From: Verrucomicrobiota bacterium
Lineage (GTDB): Bacteria > Verrucomicrobiota > Verrucomicrobiia > Limisphaerales > SXQI01
Assembly: GCA_033762115.1 (NCBI GenBank)
Contig: JANRLX010000022.1
Span: forward strand, 1 to 64,000
Length of the DNA: 64,000 nt
Direction of reading: 5' to 3'
Shown here in pieces: positions 19,266 to 29,316 of this stretch. Numbering within the stretch: the first letter of the stretch is position 1; every line of letters starts with the position of its first letter. The notes below the pieces were generated by a model, which saw nothing but the letters and a program-made list of their open reading frames with translations, was not told where the DNA came from and made no database searches. A program made the translations under genes and the position numbers.

Positions 19266-19619
19266 TTAAGGAAGAGCAGGATTGGGAGCAACCTCGAGAT
19301 GAACAGCGGTGCCGTAACAGAGGACTTCGGTGATGCCGGGAGCGAGTTCGGTGGCGTCGTAGCGCACGCCGATAACCGCGTTGCCGCCCATTTGCCCGGC
19401 GTGGGCGAGCATTTGTTGAAAGGCATCATCCCGGGCGCGTTCGCAAAGGGAAGCGTAAAGGGAGATGTTGCCGCCGAAAAAGCTTTGGATGCTGGCGCCG
19501 AAGTTGCCGACGATGGAGCGGGAGCGGACGACAAGCCCACGGACAACGCCAAGAGAGCGGACGATCCTGTAACCGGGGATTTCGAAGGTGGTGGTGGTTA
19601 GAGGATGGGTCTGGCTCAT
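19266..19619 (-). CDS. YbjQ/UPF0145-family protein
   Basis: [11 protein letters not shown]...[25 protein letters not shown]. Confidence 0.92.
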   Translation of the reverse strand: MSQTHPLTTTTFEIPGYRIVRSLGVVRGLVVRSRSIVGNFGASIQSFFGGNISLYASLCERARDDAFQQMLAHAGQMGGNAVIGVRYDATELAPGITEVLCYGTAVHLEVAPNPALP

Positions 19620-19629
19620 GAAGAGAAAA

Positions 19630-20373
19630 TTATTTTGAGGAGTCGAGCCGCTTCACGCGAATGTTGCGGTATCGGACAAATTCAGAGGTGTGGTCGCCGC
19701 CTCCATGCACCTGAAGGGCGATTCCTCCTGTGGCGGGATGACGGACCTCCTTTTCCTGCCATTCCATGATTTTAACGCCGTTGATCCAGGTGGTGATCAG
19801 GGGCGGGTTCCCGACGATGCGGGCGCGGAGTTCGTTCCACTGGCCGTGGCGCCAGAAGAATTTCCAGGATTCCGGGAGAATGGGGAAAGGGACCAAAGAA
19901 TTGGTGAGGGCGCGAATGTCGGTGACTTCCTTGTTGAAGCTGAAGTTGCGGACGGAGGGTTTTGCGCCAAGGGCCCCTTCGCCGTAAAGGCCCATGAGAT
20001 TACCGCCTTCGTGATAATCGATCATGGCCTGGAAGGCGGTGCCCTCCTCGTTTGAACGGAGGAAGAGGCCGCTATCGGGGCCGAAATCATTGTTCATCTC
20101 GAGGGAGACTTCAAAATCACCAAAGAGTTCGTCAGTGATGATGATGCCGCCGTTGCCGGGGATGTCCTGGGAACCGACGATTGCGCCCTGTTGGACAATC
20201 CATTTGCCACCAGATTGATTTTTGCTGGCGCGGCTGTGGCCGGTTTTGGCGCTGACATGCCATCCCTTGAGAGTGGAGCCGTCAAACAACGGGGTGAAGG
20301 CGGGTTCCTCCGCGGCATGGGAAAGGGAAAGGAAACCGGAAATTGCGAGTGAGATGAGAGTCTGAGTTTTCAT
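19630..20373 (-). CDS. DUF1080 (3-keto-disaccharide hydrolase-like) exported protein
   Basis: Signal peptide; [37 protein letters not shown]. Confidence 0.9.
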   Translation of the reverse strand: MKTQTLISLAISGFLSLSHAAEEPAFTPLFDGSTLKGWHVSAKTGHSRASKNQSGGKWIVQQGAIVGSQDIPGNGGIIITDELFGDFEVSLEMNNDFGPDSGLFLRSNEEGTAFQAMIDYHEGGNLMGLYGEGALGAKPSVRNFSFNKEVTDIRALTNSLVPFPILPESWKFFWRHGQWNELRARIVGNPPLITTWINGVKIMEWQEKEVRHPATGGIALQVHGGGDHTSEFVRYRNIRVKRLDSSK

Positions 20374-20404
20374 GGGTCAATCAGAGCGAAGCACCCGAAG
20401 GGCA

Positions 20405-20707
20405 TCACTCCTCGTCAAATTTACGTTTGAGCAACGCTTCAATTTCTGCGAGGGCGGCGGCGGCGTCCTGCCCGATGGCATGCACATGGAGACGGCTGCC
20501 GGGACCTGCGGCGAGCATCATAAGACCCATGATGCTTTTGCCATTGACCTTTTCCCCATCCTTTTCAACGAAGATATCACTTTGAAAGCGATTGGCGATC
20601 TTGACGAAGAGAGCGGCGGGGCGAGCGTGCACGCCCAGTTTGTTTTGCACAACCAGTTCTTTGGTCATTCCCTTACCGGATTCCGGCGCTTTGCGAGCAG
20701 AACTCAT
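20405..20707 (-). CDS. ptsH: Phosphocarrier protein HPr
   Basis: NKLGVHARPAA (His15) and GKSIMGLM (Ser46). Confidence 0.95.
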   Translation of the reverse strand: MSSARKAPESGKGMTKELVVQNKLGVHARPAALFVKIANRFQSDIFVEKDGEKVNGKSIMGLMMLAAGPGSRLHVHAIGQDAAAALAEIEALLKRKFDEE

Positions 20708-20769
20708 TATGATGCATTACTCAAGAGCAAGCGATTGTTTTTGCCAATCTAATAATACGTGGTGTTGGT

Positions 20770-21717
20770 TCAAATGTGCCCACTTTTGGTCATCTGCGCA
20801 ATCAGGCGTTCATTTAACTCGCGGGCAGGGTTGTAGCCGGAGGATTTGAGTTTGGTCTGGAAAGCGGCGACTTCGATGAGGCGGGCGAGGTCACGACCGG
20901 GACGAACGGGGATGGTGATTTCGGGAATATCAACGCCAAGGATGCGGATGTACTGCTCCTCCATGCCAAGGCGATCGACATCGGGGACATCATTCCAGTT
21001 TTTAAGGTTGACGATGAGGTCGACCTTTTTTTCACGCCGAATGCTTTTGACGCCGAACATGGCGGCGACATTGACGATGCCGATGCCGCGCACTTCCATG
21101 TGGTTGCGGGTGATTTCGGCGCTGGTGCCGATGACTTCGCGGCCATCGACGAGGGTGACTTTGGTGACATCATCGGAAACGAGACTGTAACCGCGCTCGA
21201 TCAGCGCGAGCACGCTCTCGCTTTTGCCAATGCCGCTTTCGCCGCGAATGATCACGCCGACGCCGAGGATATCGACCATGCTGCCCATTTCGCTGCCGTG
21301 GGGTGCAAACATCATTTCCAGGGCGAGGGTGGCGATGTTGATGAATTTCATGGTAATCTGCGGGGTGGAGAAAAGGGGGATGTTTTTCTCTTCGGCAAAT
21401 TTAAGGAAGGAACGGTCAGGCATGAATCCGCGACAAAAGACAACGCAGGGGATTTTATGGCTGAAGAGGTCGTGGTATCGCTTGAGACGTTCCTCCCTGG
21501 GAAGGGATTTGAGGAAATGGCATTCGGCATTGCCCATGACCTGAACACGTTTCCCGGCAAAGTATTTGGTAAACCCGGCGAGGGCGAGGCCGGGGCGGTT
21601 GACGGTGGGCTCGCGGATGAGTCGCTTGAGGCCGTTGGCACCGGCGACCAGCTTGAGCTCGAGCGAGCCGGCGTGCTCGGTATAAAAACGTTCCACCGTT
21701 ACAAGGTCACGCAACAT
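20770..21717 (-). CDS. hprK: HPr(Ser) kinase/phosphorylase
   Basis: NRPGLALAGF, GESGIGKSE Walker A, LVSDD, MEVRGIGIVN, PVRPGRDLA. Confidence 0.97.
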   Translation of the reverse strand: MLRDLVTVERFYTEHAGSLELKLVAGANGLKRLIREPTVNRPGLALAGFTKYFAGKRVQVMGNAECHFLKSLPREERLKRYHDLFSHKIPCVVFCRGFMPDRSFLKFAEEKNIPLFSTPQITMKFINIATLALEMMFAPHGSEMGSMVDILGVGVIIRGESGIGKSESVLALIERGYSLVSDDVTKVTLVDGREVIGTSAEITRNHMEVRGIGIVNVAAMFGVKSIRREKKVDLIVNLKNWNDVPDVDRLGMEEQYIRILGVDIPEITIPVRPGRDLARLIEVAAFQTKLKSSGYNPARELNERLIAQMTKSGHI

Positions 21718-21767
21718 GTCTGAAATTCAGGATACAGGGGAACGGGAGAGGGAGAAGCCAAAAGCGT

Positions 21768-22505
21768 TCACATGTTAAATTCGGGGCCGAGGTAAATTTC
21801 ACGGGCTTTGGGGTCATTGACGATGAAATCAGAGGTGCCTTCGATGAGGACCTGACCATCCTTGATAATATAGGCGCGGTCCACGAGCTTCAAAGTCTCG
21901 CGAACGTTATGATCCGTGATGAGGATGCCCAGGCCGCGATCCCGGAGGCGACGGGTGATTTTCTGGACTTCGTAAACTGTAATGGGATCGATCCCGCTGA
22001 ACGGTTCATCGAGGAGGAGGAGCCTGGGAGTGGTGACGAGAGCGCGGGTGATTTCGAGGCGGCGCTTTTCCCCACCGCTCAGAGTGTAGGCCTTGCTGCG
22101 GGCGAGGCGGGACATGTCCAGTTCATCCAGGAGGTAATTGAGGCGAATCTTACGTTCCTCGCGGGAGATGTTACAGGTTTCAAGAATGGCGAGGACATTC
22201 TGCTCGACGGTGAGCTTGCGAAAAACGGAGGGTTCCTGGGTGAGGTAACCCATGCCAAGCCGGGCGCGCTGGTGCATGGGCAAAGGGGTGACGACTTTAT
22301 CCTCAAAGCGGACCTCACCCTGATCCGGGGAGACCACGCCGACGACCATATTGAAGGTGGTGGTTTTACCAGCGCCATTGGGCCCGAGCAGGCCAACGAT
22401 CTCCCCTGCCCTGACGGAGATGGAAACGCCGTTGACGACGCGGCGACCTTTGTACTGTTTGACGAGGTTTTTGGTGGTAAGCAGAAATGGATTGGTCTCG
22501 GGCAT
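21768..22505 (-). CDS. lptB: LPS export ABC transporter ATPase
   Basis: GPNGAGKTT, YLTQEPSVFRKLTV, LSGGEKRRLEITR, LDEPFSGIDP, ITDHNVRETL, YLG; start set at ATG 22505. Confidence 0.95.
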   Translation of the reverse strand: MPETNPFLLTTKNLVKQYKGRRVVNGVSISVRAGEIVGLLGPNGAGKTTTFNMVVGVVSPDQGEVRFEDKVVTPLPMHQRARLGMGYLTQEPSVFRKLTVEQNVLAILETCNISREERKIRLNYLLDELDMSRLARSKAYTLSGGEKRRLEITRALVTTPRLLLLDEPFSGIDPITVYEVQKITRRLRDRGLGILITDHNVRETLKLVDRAYIIKDGQVLIEGTSDFIVNDPKAREIYLGPEFNM

Positions 22506-22597
22506 TGCTCCGATCAACGAAACATGCCGGGGGCTGCAAGGCAATTCATTTGTCGGGCTTGTCACGGTCAAAGGGGGGAGGTTAACTGGAGAAACTT

Positions 22598-24757
22598 ATG
22601 CGCTCGCCTTTGTTGTTCCTGCTTTTTTCCATGATGCTCGGGGGAACGATTGCGGGGGAGTTTCGAGTTCTGAGAAGCGGGGAGATGAACGGAGATGCGC
22701 GGCTGAAGCCATTGAAAGACCTGGATGGTTATTTCCGGTTTAAGCCTCCCGGAAGCCGCACTGAATGGGAGGCGCGACGGAAGGAACTTAAAAACCAGCT
22801 CCAGGTAACGCTTGGGTTGTATCCACTTCCCACACGCACCCCGTTGAACGCGGTGATTCATGGGAGAATTGACCGGGGTGATTACGTGGTGGAGAAAGTT
22901 TATTTCGAGAGCGTTCCCGGATTTTTTGTCACTGGAAATTTGTATCGTCCGAAAACGGGAGGGAAACATGCAGCGGTGCTTTCGCCGCATGGGCATTGGG
23001 AAGGGGGAAGATTTCTTGATGCGGGGGTGGAAGGCGCGGCGAGGGAGATTGCGCAGGGAGCGGAAACGTTTGAGGCGGGCGGACGAAGTCCGTTGCAGGC
23101 GCGTTGTGTGCAACTGGCACGGATGGGGTGCGTGGTGTTTCATTATGACATGCTGGGTTATGCAGACAGCAGGCAGATTTCGATGGCTGTCGCGCATCAG
23201 TTCGCGAAGCAGCGTGCTGAAATGAACGGGAGGGCAGCCTGGGGGTTGTTCAGTCCGCAGGCTGAATCGCATTTCCAGAGTGTGGCAGGGTTGCAGACCT
23301 GGAACTCAATCCGGGCGCTGGATTTCCTGGAGACGTTGCCGGATGTGGATATGAAACGGATCGGGGTGACTGGAGCGAGCGGAGGAGGAACACAGACGTT
23401 TTTGCTGGGGGCATTGGATGAACGGGTGAGCGCGATTTTTCCGGCGGTGATGGTTTCGACGGCGATGCAGGGAGGTTGCACGTGCGAAAATGCGAGCGGG
23501 TTGCGAGTGGGAACAGGGAATGTGGAAATTGCGGGGCTTTTTGCACCGAAACCGTTGGGAATGACCGCAGCGGATGATTGGACGCGGGAGATGGAGCGAA
23601 AGGGATTTCCGGAGTTGCAGGAACTTTACAGGGTGTTGAAAGCGCCGGAAAATGTGATGCTCAAAGGTGCGCTGCAATTTGGACATAATTTCAACCAGAT
23701 TGGCCGGAAGGCGATGTATCACTGGTTCAACACGCATCTCGGCCTGAAACAGCGGGAGCCGATCGAGGAGCGGGATTTTCAACGGCTCTCACGGGAGGAA
23801 TTAACGGTGTGGAATGGGGAGCATCCGCAACCATCAGGAGGAGCGGAGTTTGAGCGGGGATTATTGCAATGGTTTGTGAAGGATGCGGAGGAGCAACTTT
23901 CGCGAGTCAAGGAACTGAAGGCATTCTCGGCATTGGTGGGCCCGGCATTGAAGGTGGTGGTGGGAAGGACGCCTGAGCAGGTGGAAAAAGTGACGTTCGA
24001 CGTTCGGAACAAGATGGATGAAGGGAAGCATTGGGAGATTGGAGGGATGCTGGTGAACGAAACGCATTGCGAAGCGTTACCGACGTTGTTTTTGCATCCG
24101 AAAGAGTGGAACGGCAGCACGATTGTGTGGTTGCATCCGAAAGGAAAAGAAAGTTCGGGGGCAGGCAACGGGCTTCACCCGCTGGCAGCGGAGTTCCTGA
24201 GCGCGGGAGCCACGGTGGTGGGGATTGACCTGTTGTATCAGGGAGAGTTCGTGAATGGGGAGGAGCTTGTTCGCGCTCCAAAAGTAGCCAACCCGAGGGA
24301 GGCAGTGGCTTATACCTACGGTTACAATTATTCGCTGAGCGCCAAACGTGCGCACGATCTGCTGAGCCTGCTGTCGTTCATTAAAAATCATGAACAGCAA
24401 TCGAAGCAGGTCATTGTGATTGCGCATGGAAATACAGCGTCGTTGGCGGCAGCGGCATGGGCGTTGGGAGGCGACTTGATGAGTGGCGCAGCGCTGGAAC
24501 TGGACGGGTTTCGGTTCACGGATGTGATGGATATTTATTCACCGGAGTTATTGCCGGGGGGAGGAAAATATGGGGATGTGGATGGGATGCTGGCCGTTGG
24601 GGCGGGGAAATTGCTGGTGAGAGATGAGCGCCCATTGCCGATGACGGAGCGTTTTTTGGGAAACCGGTTTAAATGGAGCCAGGCGTTTGGGGCGGAAGAG
24701 GTGAGCGCCTGGGTGAAGGATTTGATGAATGGGCAGAGCAGTTCCGCATCAGAATAA
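22598..24757 (+). CDS. Exported acetylxylan-esterase-like alpha/beta hydrolase (two-domain PVC type)
   Basis: Signal peptide; VTGNLYRP, SPHGHW, YDMLGY, GASGGGTQT, MQGGCTCEN. Confidence 0.82.
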   Translation: MRSPLLFLLFSMMLGGTIAGEFRVLRSGEMNGDARLKPLKDLDGYFRFKPPGSRTEWEARRKELKNQLQVTLGLYPLPTRTPLNAVIHGRIDRGDYVVEKVYFESVPGFFVTGNLYRPKTGGKHAAVLSPHGHWEGGRFLDAGVEGAAREIAQGAETFEAGGRSPLQARCVQLARMGCVVFHYDMLGYADSRQISMAVAHQFAKQRAEMNGRAAWGLFSPQAESHFQSVAGLQTWNSIRALDFLETLPDVDMKRIGVTGASGGGTQTFLLGALDERVSAIFPAVMVSTAMQGGCTCENASGLRVGTGNVEIAGLFAPKPLGMTAADDWTREMERKGFPELQELYRVLKAPENVMLKGALQFGHNFNQIGRKAMYHWFNTHLGLKQREPIEERDFQRLSREELTVWNGEHPQPSGGAEFERGLLQWFVKDAEEQLSRVKELKAFSALVGPALKVVVGRTPEQVEKVTFDVRNKMDEGKHWEIGGMLVNETHCEALPTLFLHPKEWNGSTIVWLHPKGKESSGAGNGLHPLAAEFLSAGATVVGIDLLYQGEFVNGEELVRAPKVANPREAVAYTYGYNYSLSAKRAHDLLSLLSFIKNHEQQSKQVIVIAHGNTASLAAAAWALGGDLMSGAALELDGFRFTDVMDIYSPELLPGGGKYGDVDGMLAVGAGKLLVRDERPLPMTERFLGNRFKWSQAFGAEEVSAWVKDLMNGQSSSASE

Positions 24758-24778
24758 GAATTTGGTGACAGAGATTTC

Positions 24779-25075
24779 ATGCTGACCCGATCAGACGCGA
24801 GAAGAAGGTGGTTTGGAACATTGTTCCTGTTGCTGGCTTTTGGATTGTTGATCTGGGGACAAACTCTCCTGAAATCGTGGCTGCAAAGCAGCCCTGTTTT
24901 GTATGTGGTTTACTGGCTTGGATGCATGAGTTTTACGTTGATGGCGCTTTTGGTGGCAGCCCTGGACCTGTTTATCATCCGGAGCCGGACGCGGGATGAA
25001 AAAGACAAACTGGTCAAGGAAGCGCTGGAAAAAGCCAGGCGGGAAGCGGGATTGCCGGATGAAACGGACGAATGA
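24779..25075 (+). CDS. Small two-TM membrane protein
   Basis: Two hydrophobic helices and a charged tail; follows the esterase. Confidence 0.7.
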   Translation: MLTRSDARRRWFGTLFLLLAFGLLIWGQTLLKSWLQSSPVLYVVYWLGCMSFTLMALLVAALDLFIIRSRTRDEKDKLVKEALEKARREAGLPDETDE

Positions 25076-27094
25076 TCATCCCCATGGATTGGTGGTGACG
25101 AGATTCCATTCCTCAAACAACTGTTTGGGAAGTTCAGAGAGGAATTGAGAGGGTTGTTGCATGGATGCCCCTTCACCACGGGTGAAGCGGATCAGCGGGT
25201 AAGAGAGATAAAGTTCCTGTTTGGCGCGAGTGATGGCGACGTAAAACAACCGCCGCTCCTCTTCGAGGACTTCGGGGCGGTCGAGCGACCTGATGCTGGG
25301 AAAGAGTCCTTCGCACAGCATCAAAATGAAGACGACCTGATATTCAAGGCCCTTGGCCTGATGAATCGTCGAGAGGCGGAGTAGTTCATCGTCATTACCG
25401 GGGCGGTCCTCTTCCGATTCGATGTTGGTGAGGAGGGCGAGCTGGCTGAGGAATTCCTCAGTGGATTTGAACTGGGCGGCAAAATTGGCGAGTTGTTCGA
25501 TTTCCTCCTTGCGGTTGAGGTAATTGGAAAAAGCCTCTTTCAAGTAGTCGATGTAACCTGCTTCCATGATCAGGCGGATCATTTCAGCCGGTCTTGAGGA
25601 AATCGGGGGATGTTCGAGTTGTGAGATGGTGGCGGTGAACTGGGCCCACGCGACCTCAGTTTTTTTGGGCGCCTTTGCGGCACTGCGCTGCAACGCGGTG
25701 GCGATTGGGGATTTGGCGCTGGCTACGACGTTTGCGAGTTCCGCCTGGAATGTGTCCCAGAGTTTTTCGGCGGCCTTGCCCCCAACGCCGGGCATCAGGC
25801 GAACGATTCGCTTGAAAGCGATTTCATCGGAGGGGTTCGCCACGAATTTGAGATAGGCAGCGACATCCTTGATATGTGCCTGCTCAAAAAAGCGGATGCC
25901 GCTGGTAATGCTGAAGGGAATGTTCCGGCGGGTCAGTTCGAGTTGCAATTCGAGAGCGTGAAAGTGGGAGCGGTAAAGAACGGCGATTTCATTAAGGTTC
26001 GTTCCTTCCTCGCGCAGTTCGAGGACTCGTTGCGCAATAAATGCGGCCTGGACGGCGGCATCCCCACAGGGAACGAGGACAGGTTTGGAACCGGATTTTT
26101 TGTTTGAAACCAGCTGTTTGGAGTATTGCCGGGTATTGGCGGCAATCGCGGCGTTGGCGAGCGAGAGAATCTCGGGAGTGCTGCGATAATTGGTTTCGAT
26201 TTTGTAAACCTTTGCGCCGGGATAGCGTTTGGGAAACTCGAGAATGTTGAGGAAGTTGGCCCCGCGCCAGGAGTAGATGCTTTGTGAATCGTCCCCCACC
26301 ACGGTGACATTGTGATGACGGGCGGCGAGCAGGTCGATCAGGTCGCTTTGAAGCTTGTTGGTGTCCTGGTATTCATCGACGAGAAGAAACTGGAACCGTT
26401 TTTGGTAAAATTCGCAGACCGAAGGGTGTTCCTTGAGAAGGCGGTACCAAAGGACCAGAAGATCATCGAAATCCATGACGTTGCTGGATTTTTTTCGGAC
26501 GGAAAACTGGACCTGGATTTGTCCCAAAACGGAAGCCCCTTGTTGAAAGTGGGGATAATCCTCCTCAAGGATTTGAGGAATGCTTTTTTCCGTGTTCACA
26601 ACCATGGAAAAAATATCGGCAATGACATCCGCCTTGGGAAAACGGGATTCGGTGACGTCGATTTTGGCGTCATCGACCGCGGCTTTGAGGAGGTCTTTTG
26701 CATCTTCCCGGTCGAGAATGGTGAAATCCGGTTTGTAGCCGAGAAGTGCGGCATGTTTCCGAAGGATACGGTTGCCGATGGAATGGAAGGTGCCTCCCCA
26801 GAGGGAGGAAATATCGTGACCGAGCACGTCGGCGACGCGCCGCATCATTTCACGCGCGGCTTTGTTGGTGAAGGTCAGGAGTAAAATGCGTTCGGGAGGA
26901 ATTCCCTGCTCGAGAAGGTAGGCCACGCGATAGGTCAGGGTGCGCGTTTTGCCGGAACCGGCACCGGCAATGACGAGGGAGGGAGCAGGCAGAGCGGTGA
27001 CAGCCTCGTACTGTTGCGGATTAAGCTCTGCGGCGTAATCGATTTGCAGGCGAACATCCGTTTGGAAGGGTTGAAGGATGTAATCTCGTGACAT
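25076..27094 (-). CDS. UvrD/PcrA-family SF1 DNA helicase
   Basis: AGAGSGKT, TFTNKAA, DEYQDTN, GDDSQSIY, NYRS, STIHQAKGLE, EERRLFYVAITRA. Confidence 0.95.
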   Translation of the reverse strand: MSRDYILQPFQTDVRLQIDYAAELNPQQYEAVTALPAPSLVIAGAGSGKTRTLTYRVAYLLEQGIPPERILLLTFTNKAAREMMRRVADVLGHDISSLWGGTFHSIGNRILRKHAALLGYKPDFTILDREDAKDLLKAAVDDAKIDVTESRFPKADVIADIFSMVVNTEKSIPQILEEDYPHFQQGASVLGQIQVQFSVRKKSSNVMDFDDLLVLWYRLLKEHPSVCEFYQKRFQFLLVDEYQDTNKLQSDLIDLLAARHHNVTVVGDDSQSIYSWRGANFLNILEFPKRYPGAKVYKIETNYRSTPEILSLANAAIAANTRQYSKQLVSNKKSGSKPVLVPCGDAAVQAAFIAQRVLELREEGTNLNEIAVLYRSHFHALELQLELTRRNIPFSITSGIRFFEQAHIKDVAAYLKFVANPSDEIAFKRIVRLMPGVGGKAAEKLWDTFQAELANVVASAKSPIATALQRSAAKAPKKTEVAWAQFTATISQLEHPPISSRPAEMIRLIMEAGYIDYLKEAFSNYLNRKEEIEQLANFAAQFKSTEEFLSQLALLTNIESEEDRPGNDDELLRLSTIHQAKGLEYQVVFILMLCEGLFPSIRSLDRPEVLEEERRLFYVAITRAKQELYLSYPLIRFTRGEGASMQQPSQFLSELPKQLFEEWNLVTTNPWG

Positions 27095-27236
27095 TGCGTT
27101 AGGTCGAAGGAGCGCGTGCGCAGATCGGATTTCGATTCATCTGTTTATTTTACTGAAAGGAGACGCTTCTGAAAGAACCCTTTTGCGGTACCCTATACAT
27201 TTTGCTGCCGGGAAGTATTTTATGATGGGAACATGC

Positions 27237-28235
27237 ATGAAACAGGAGGTGTTGATAGAGGGCGGCGGGGGGATGCGGAAGGGGGAACGAAATCGAACCG
27301 GGCAGACGCTGGAATCGATCAAAATTCCTTCCGATGAAAAGGATGTGGAACTGAAGGTTGGCCGGCGGACGGTGAAGTTGACCAACCTGCACAAACCTTT
27401 CTGGAACATTCCGCTGATCACCAAAGGGGACCTGATTCAGTATTATGCGGATGTTTCCACGCTGTTGCTGCCGCATTTGCAGGACCGGGCGATGGTGATG
27501 AAGCGTTATCCCAACGGGGCTGAAGGAGAATTCTTTTTTCAAAAACGGGCCCCGGAACCACGTCCTGAATGGATTGATATTTGTGAGATCGAACACTCTT
27601 CGGGAAATGTCATTGCGTTTCCTGTGGTGCGGGACCTGGCCTCACTCCTTTGGGTGGTGAACCTCGGTTGCATTGACCTGAACCAATGGTATGGGCGTTG
27701 TGATGATGTGGATCGGCCGGATTACCTGCATTTTGACCTTGATCCAGTGGAGGGGGCGGATTTTTCGAAGGTGCGGGAAACAGCGTTGCTGGTGCATGAG
27801 GCATTGGAAGGATTGAAAGCGCCAAATTTTGTGAAAACCACCGGATCGCGTGGAATCCACATTTATGTGCCAATCAAGCGCGGGCCTTTGCAGAAGCAGG
27901 TTTGGACCTTTGCGAAAACGTTCGCGCAAAGCATGGAGCGAATGTATCCGGACCTTGTCACGGCGGAGTATCGAATTGCAAAACGGCCCAAGGGACATGT
28001 GCTGGTGGATTACAACCAGAATGCCTGGGGGCGAACACTTTCGTCCGTTTATTCTGTCCGGCCAAAACCGAATGCGCCGGTTTCAACACCGGTGACCTGG
28101 GAAGAGGTCCGAGATGGAATCGAGATCGAGGATTTTACCTTGAGCAATGTGCGGGAACGGCTGACAAAAGAAGGGGATCTTTGGAAGCCGATTGTGCAGG
28201 AGCGGGGGCGGTTCGAGCTGGAAACGCTTTTATGA
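27237..28235 (+). CDS. Stand-alone LigD-type primase-polymerase (PolDom/Prim-PolC-like)
   Basis: KGDLIQYY, RYPNG, FFQK, HFDLDP, KTTGSRGIHIY, VLVDYNQN, VSTPVTWEE; start 27237 or 27273. Confidence 0.92.
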   Translation: MKQEVLIEGGGGMRKGERNRTGQTLESIKIPSDEKDVELKVGRRTVKLTNLHKPFWNIPLITKGDLIQYYADVSTLLLPHLQDRAMVMKRYPNGAEGEFFFQKRAPEPRPEWIDICEIEHSSGNVIAFPVVRDLASLLWVVNLGCIDLNQWYGRCDDVDRPDYLHFDLDPVEGADFSKVRETALLVHEALEGLKAPNFVKTTGSRGIHIYVPIKRGPLQKQVWTFAKTFAQSMERMYPDLVTAEYRIAKRPKGHVLVDYNQNAWGRTLSSVYSVRPKPNAPVSTPVTWEEVRDGIEIEDFTLSNVRERLTKEGDLWKPIVQERGRFELETLL

Positions 28236-29272
28236 ACTCGCAGGTGAAACCACCATTTCTCCCAATGGAAGCGTTGCTGGTGGATGAAATTCCAGAAGGG
28301 CCGCAATGGCAGTATGAACCGAAATGGGATGGATTTCGGTGCCTTGTGTTTCGCGAGGGCGATGAGGTGCAGTTGCAATCGAAATCAGGGCAGCCGCTGG
28401 GGCGATATTTCCCGGAATTGGTTGCCGCGATCCAGGCACTAAAACCGAAACGTTTCGTGATTGATGGAGAGATCGTGATTCCAGTGGGCACAGGGATTTC
28501 GTTCGATGAATTGCTGATGCGAATTCACCCGGCGGCGAGCCGGATCAGGAAACTTGCAGCGGAGCATCCGGCGCTGTTGATTGTGTTTGATATTCTGGAT
28601 GATGGCAGCACGGAGGATTTGTTTGAACAGCCTCTGCAAACCCGGCGAACGGTGCTGGAGGCGTTTGCGCAACGTTATTTCAAAGGAGAGCAGGTGCGTC
28701 TTTCACCAAAGACGATGGACCAGGACCTGGCGAGAAACTGGCTGGACCGAACGAACGAAAATCTGGATGGGATCATTGCCAAACGAATTGACCTGCCATA
28801 CGCCAGCGGGGAACGGAGTACGATGCAGAAGATCAAAAAAATCCGGACAGCGGATTGTGTGGTGGGTGGATTTCGCTACGGAAGTAAAAGCAAATTAGTG
28901 GGGTCGCTGCTGCTGGGGTTGTATGAAAATGGGTTGCTGCATCATGTTGGTTTTTGTTCGGGAATCAAAACCACAGACAAGGCGGCGTTGACCGGGAAAC
29001 TGGAAAAGCTGATCGAACCGCCTGGATTTACCGGGCGCGCGCCGGGCGGGCCGAGTCGTTGGAGCAGCGAACGTTCGACAGAATGGAATCCGTTGAAGCC
29101 GCAGTTGGTGGTTGAGGTGGCTTACGATCATTTCACAGGCGGGCGATTTCGGCATGGGACCAAACTGGTGCGATGGCGACCGGACAAGGCAGCGGAGCAA
29201 TGCGGGATGGAACAGGTCCAGCAACACTCGGTGCAGGCACTCCGGGTTACTGGAGGCAGCGTGACGGCCTGA
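28232..29272 (+). CDS. ATP-dependent DNA ligase, LigC-like
   Basis: YEPKWDGFR (KxDG), DGEIV, ADCVVGGFR, PGGPSRWS, EVAYDH..GGRFRH, RWRPDK; ATGA overlap with the upstream gene. Confidence 0.92.
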   Translation: MNSQVKPPFLPMEALLVDEIPEGPQWQYEPKWDGFRCLVFREGDEVQLQSKSGQPLGRYFPELVAAIQALKPKRFVIDGEIVIPVGTGISFDELLMRIHPAASRIRKLAAEHPALLIVFDILDDGSTEDLFEQPLQTRRTVLEAFAQRYFKGEQVRLSPKTMDQDLARNWLDRTNENLDGIIAKRIDLPYASGERSTMQKIKKIRTADCVVGGFRYGSKSKLVGSLLLGLYENGLLHHVGFCSGIKTTDKAALTGKLEKLIEPPGFTGRAPGGPSRWSSERSTEWNPLKPQLVVEVAYDHFTGGRFRHGTKLVRWRPDKAAEQCGMEQVQQHSVQALRVTGGSVTA

Positions 29273-29281
29273 AATAGGGGG

Positions 29282-29310
29282 TTGGATCAATTTCGGCGGT
29301 TCGCTATGCT
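29282..29310 (+). promoter_or_regulatory. Putative sigma70 promoter of the SGNH gene (leaderless geometry)
   Basis: TTGGAT-N17-TATGCT, 6 nt before ATG 29317. Confidence 0.55.
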
Positions 29311-29316
29311 CGTTGC

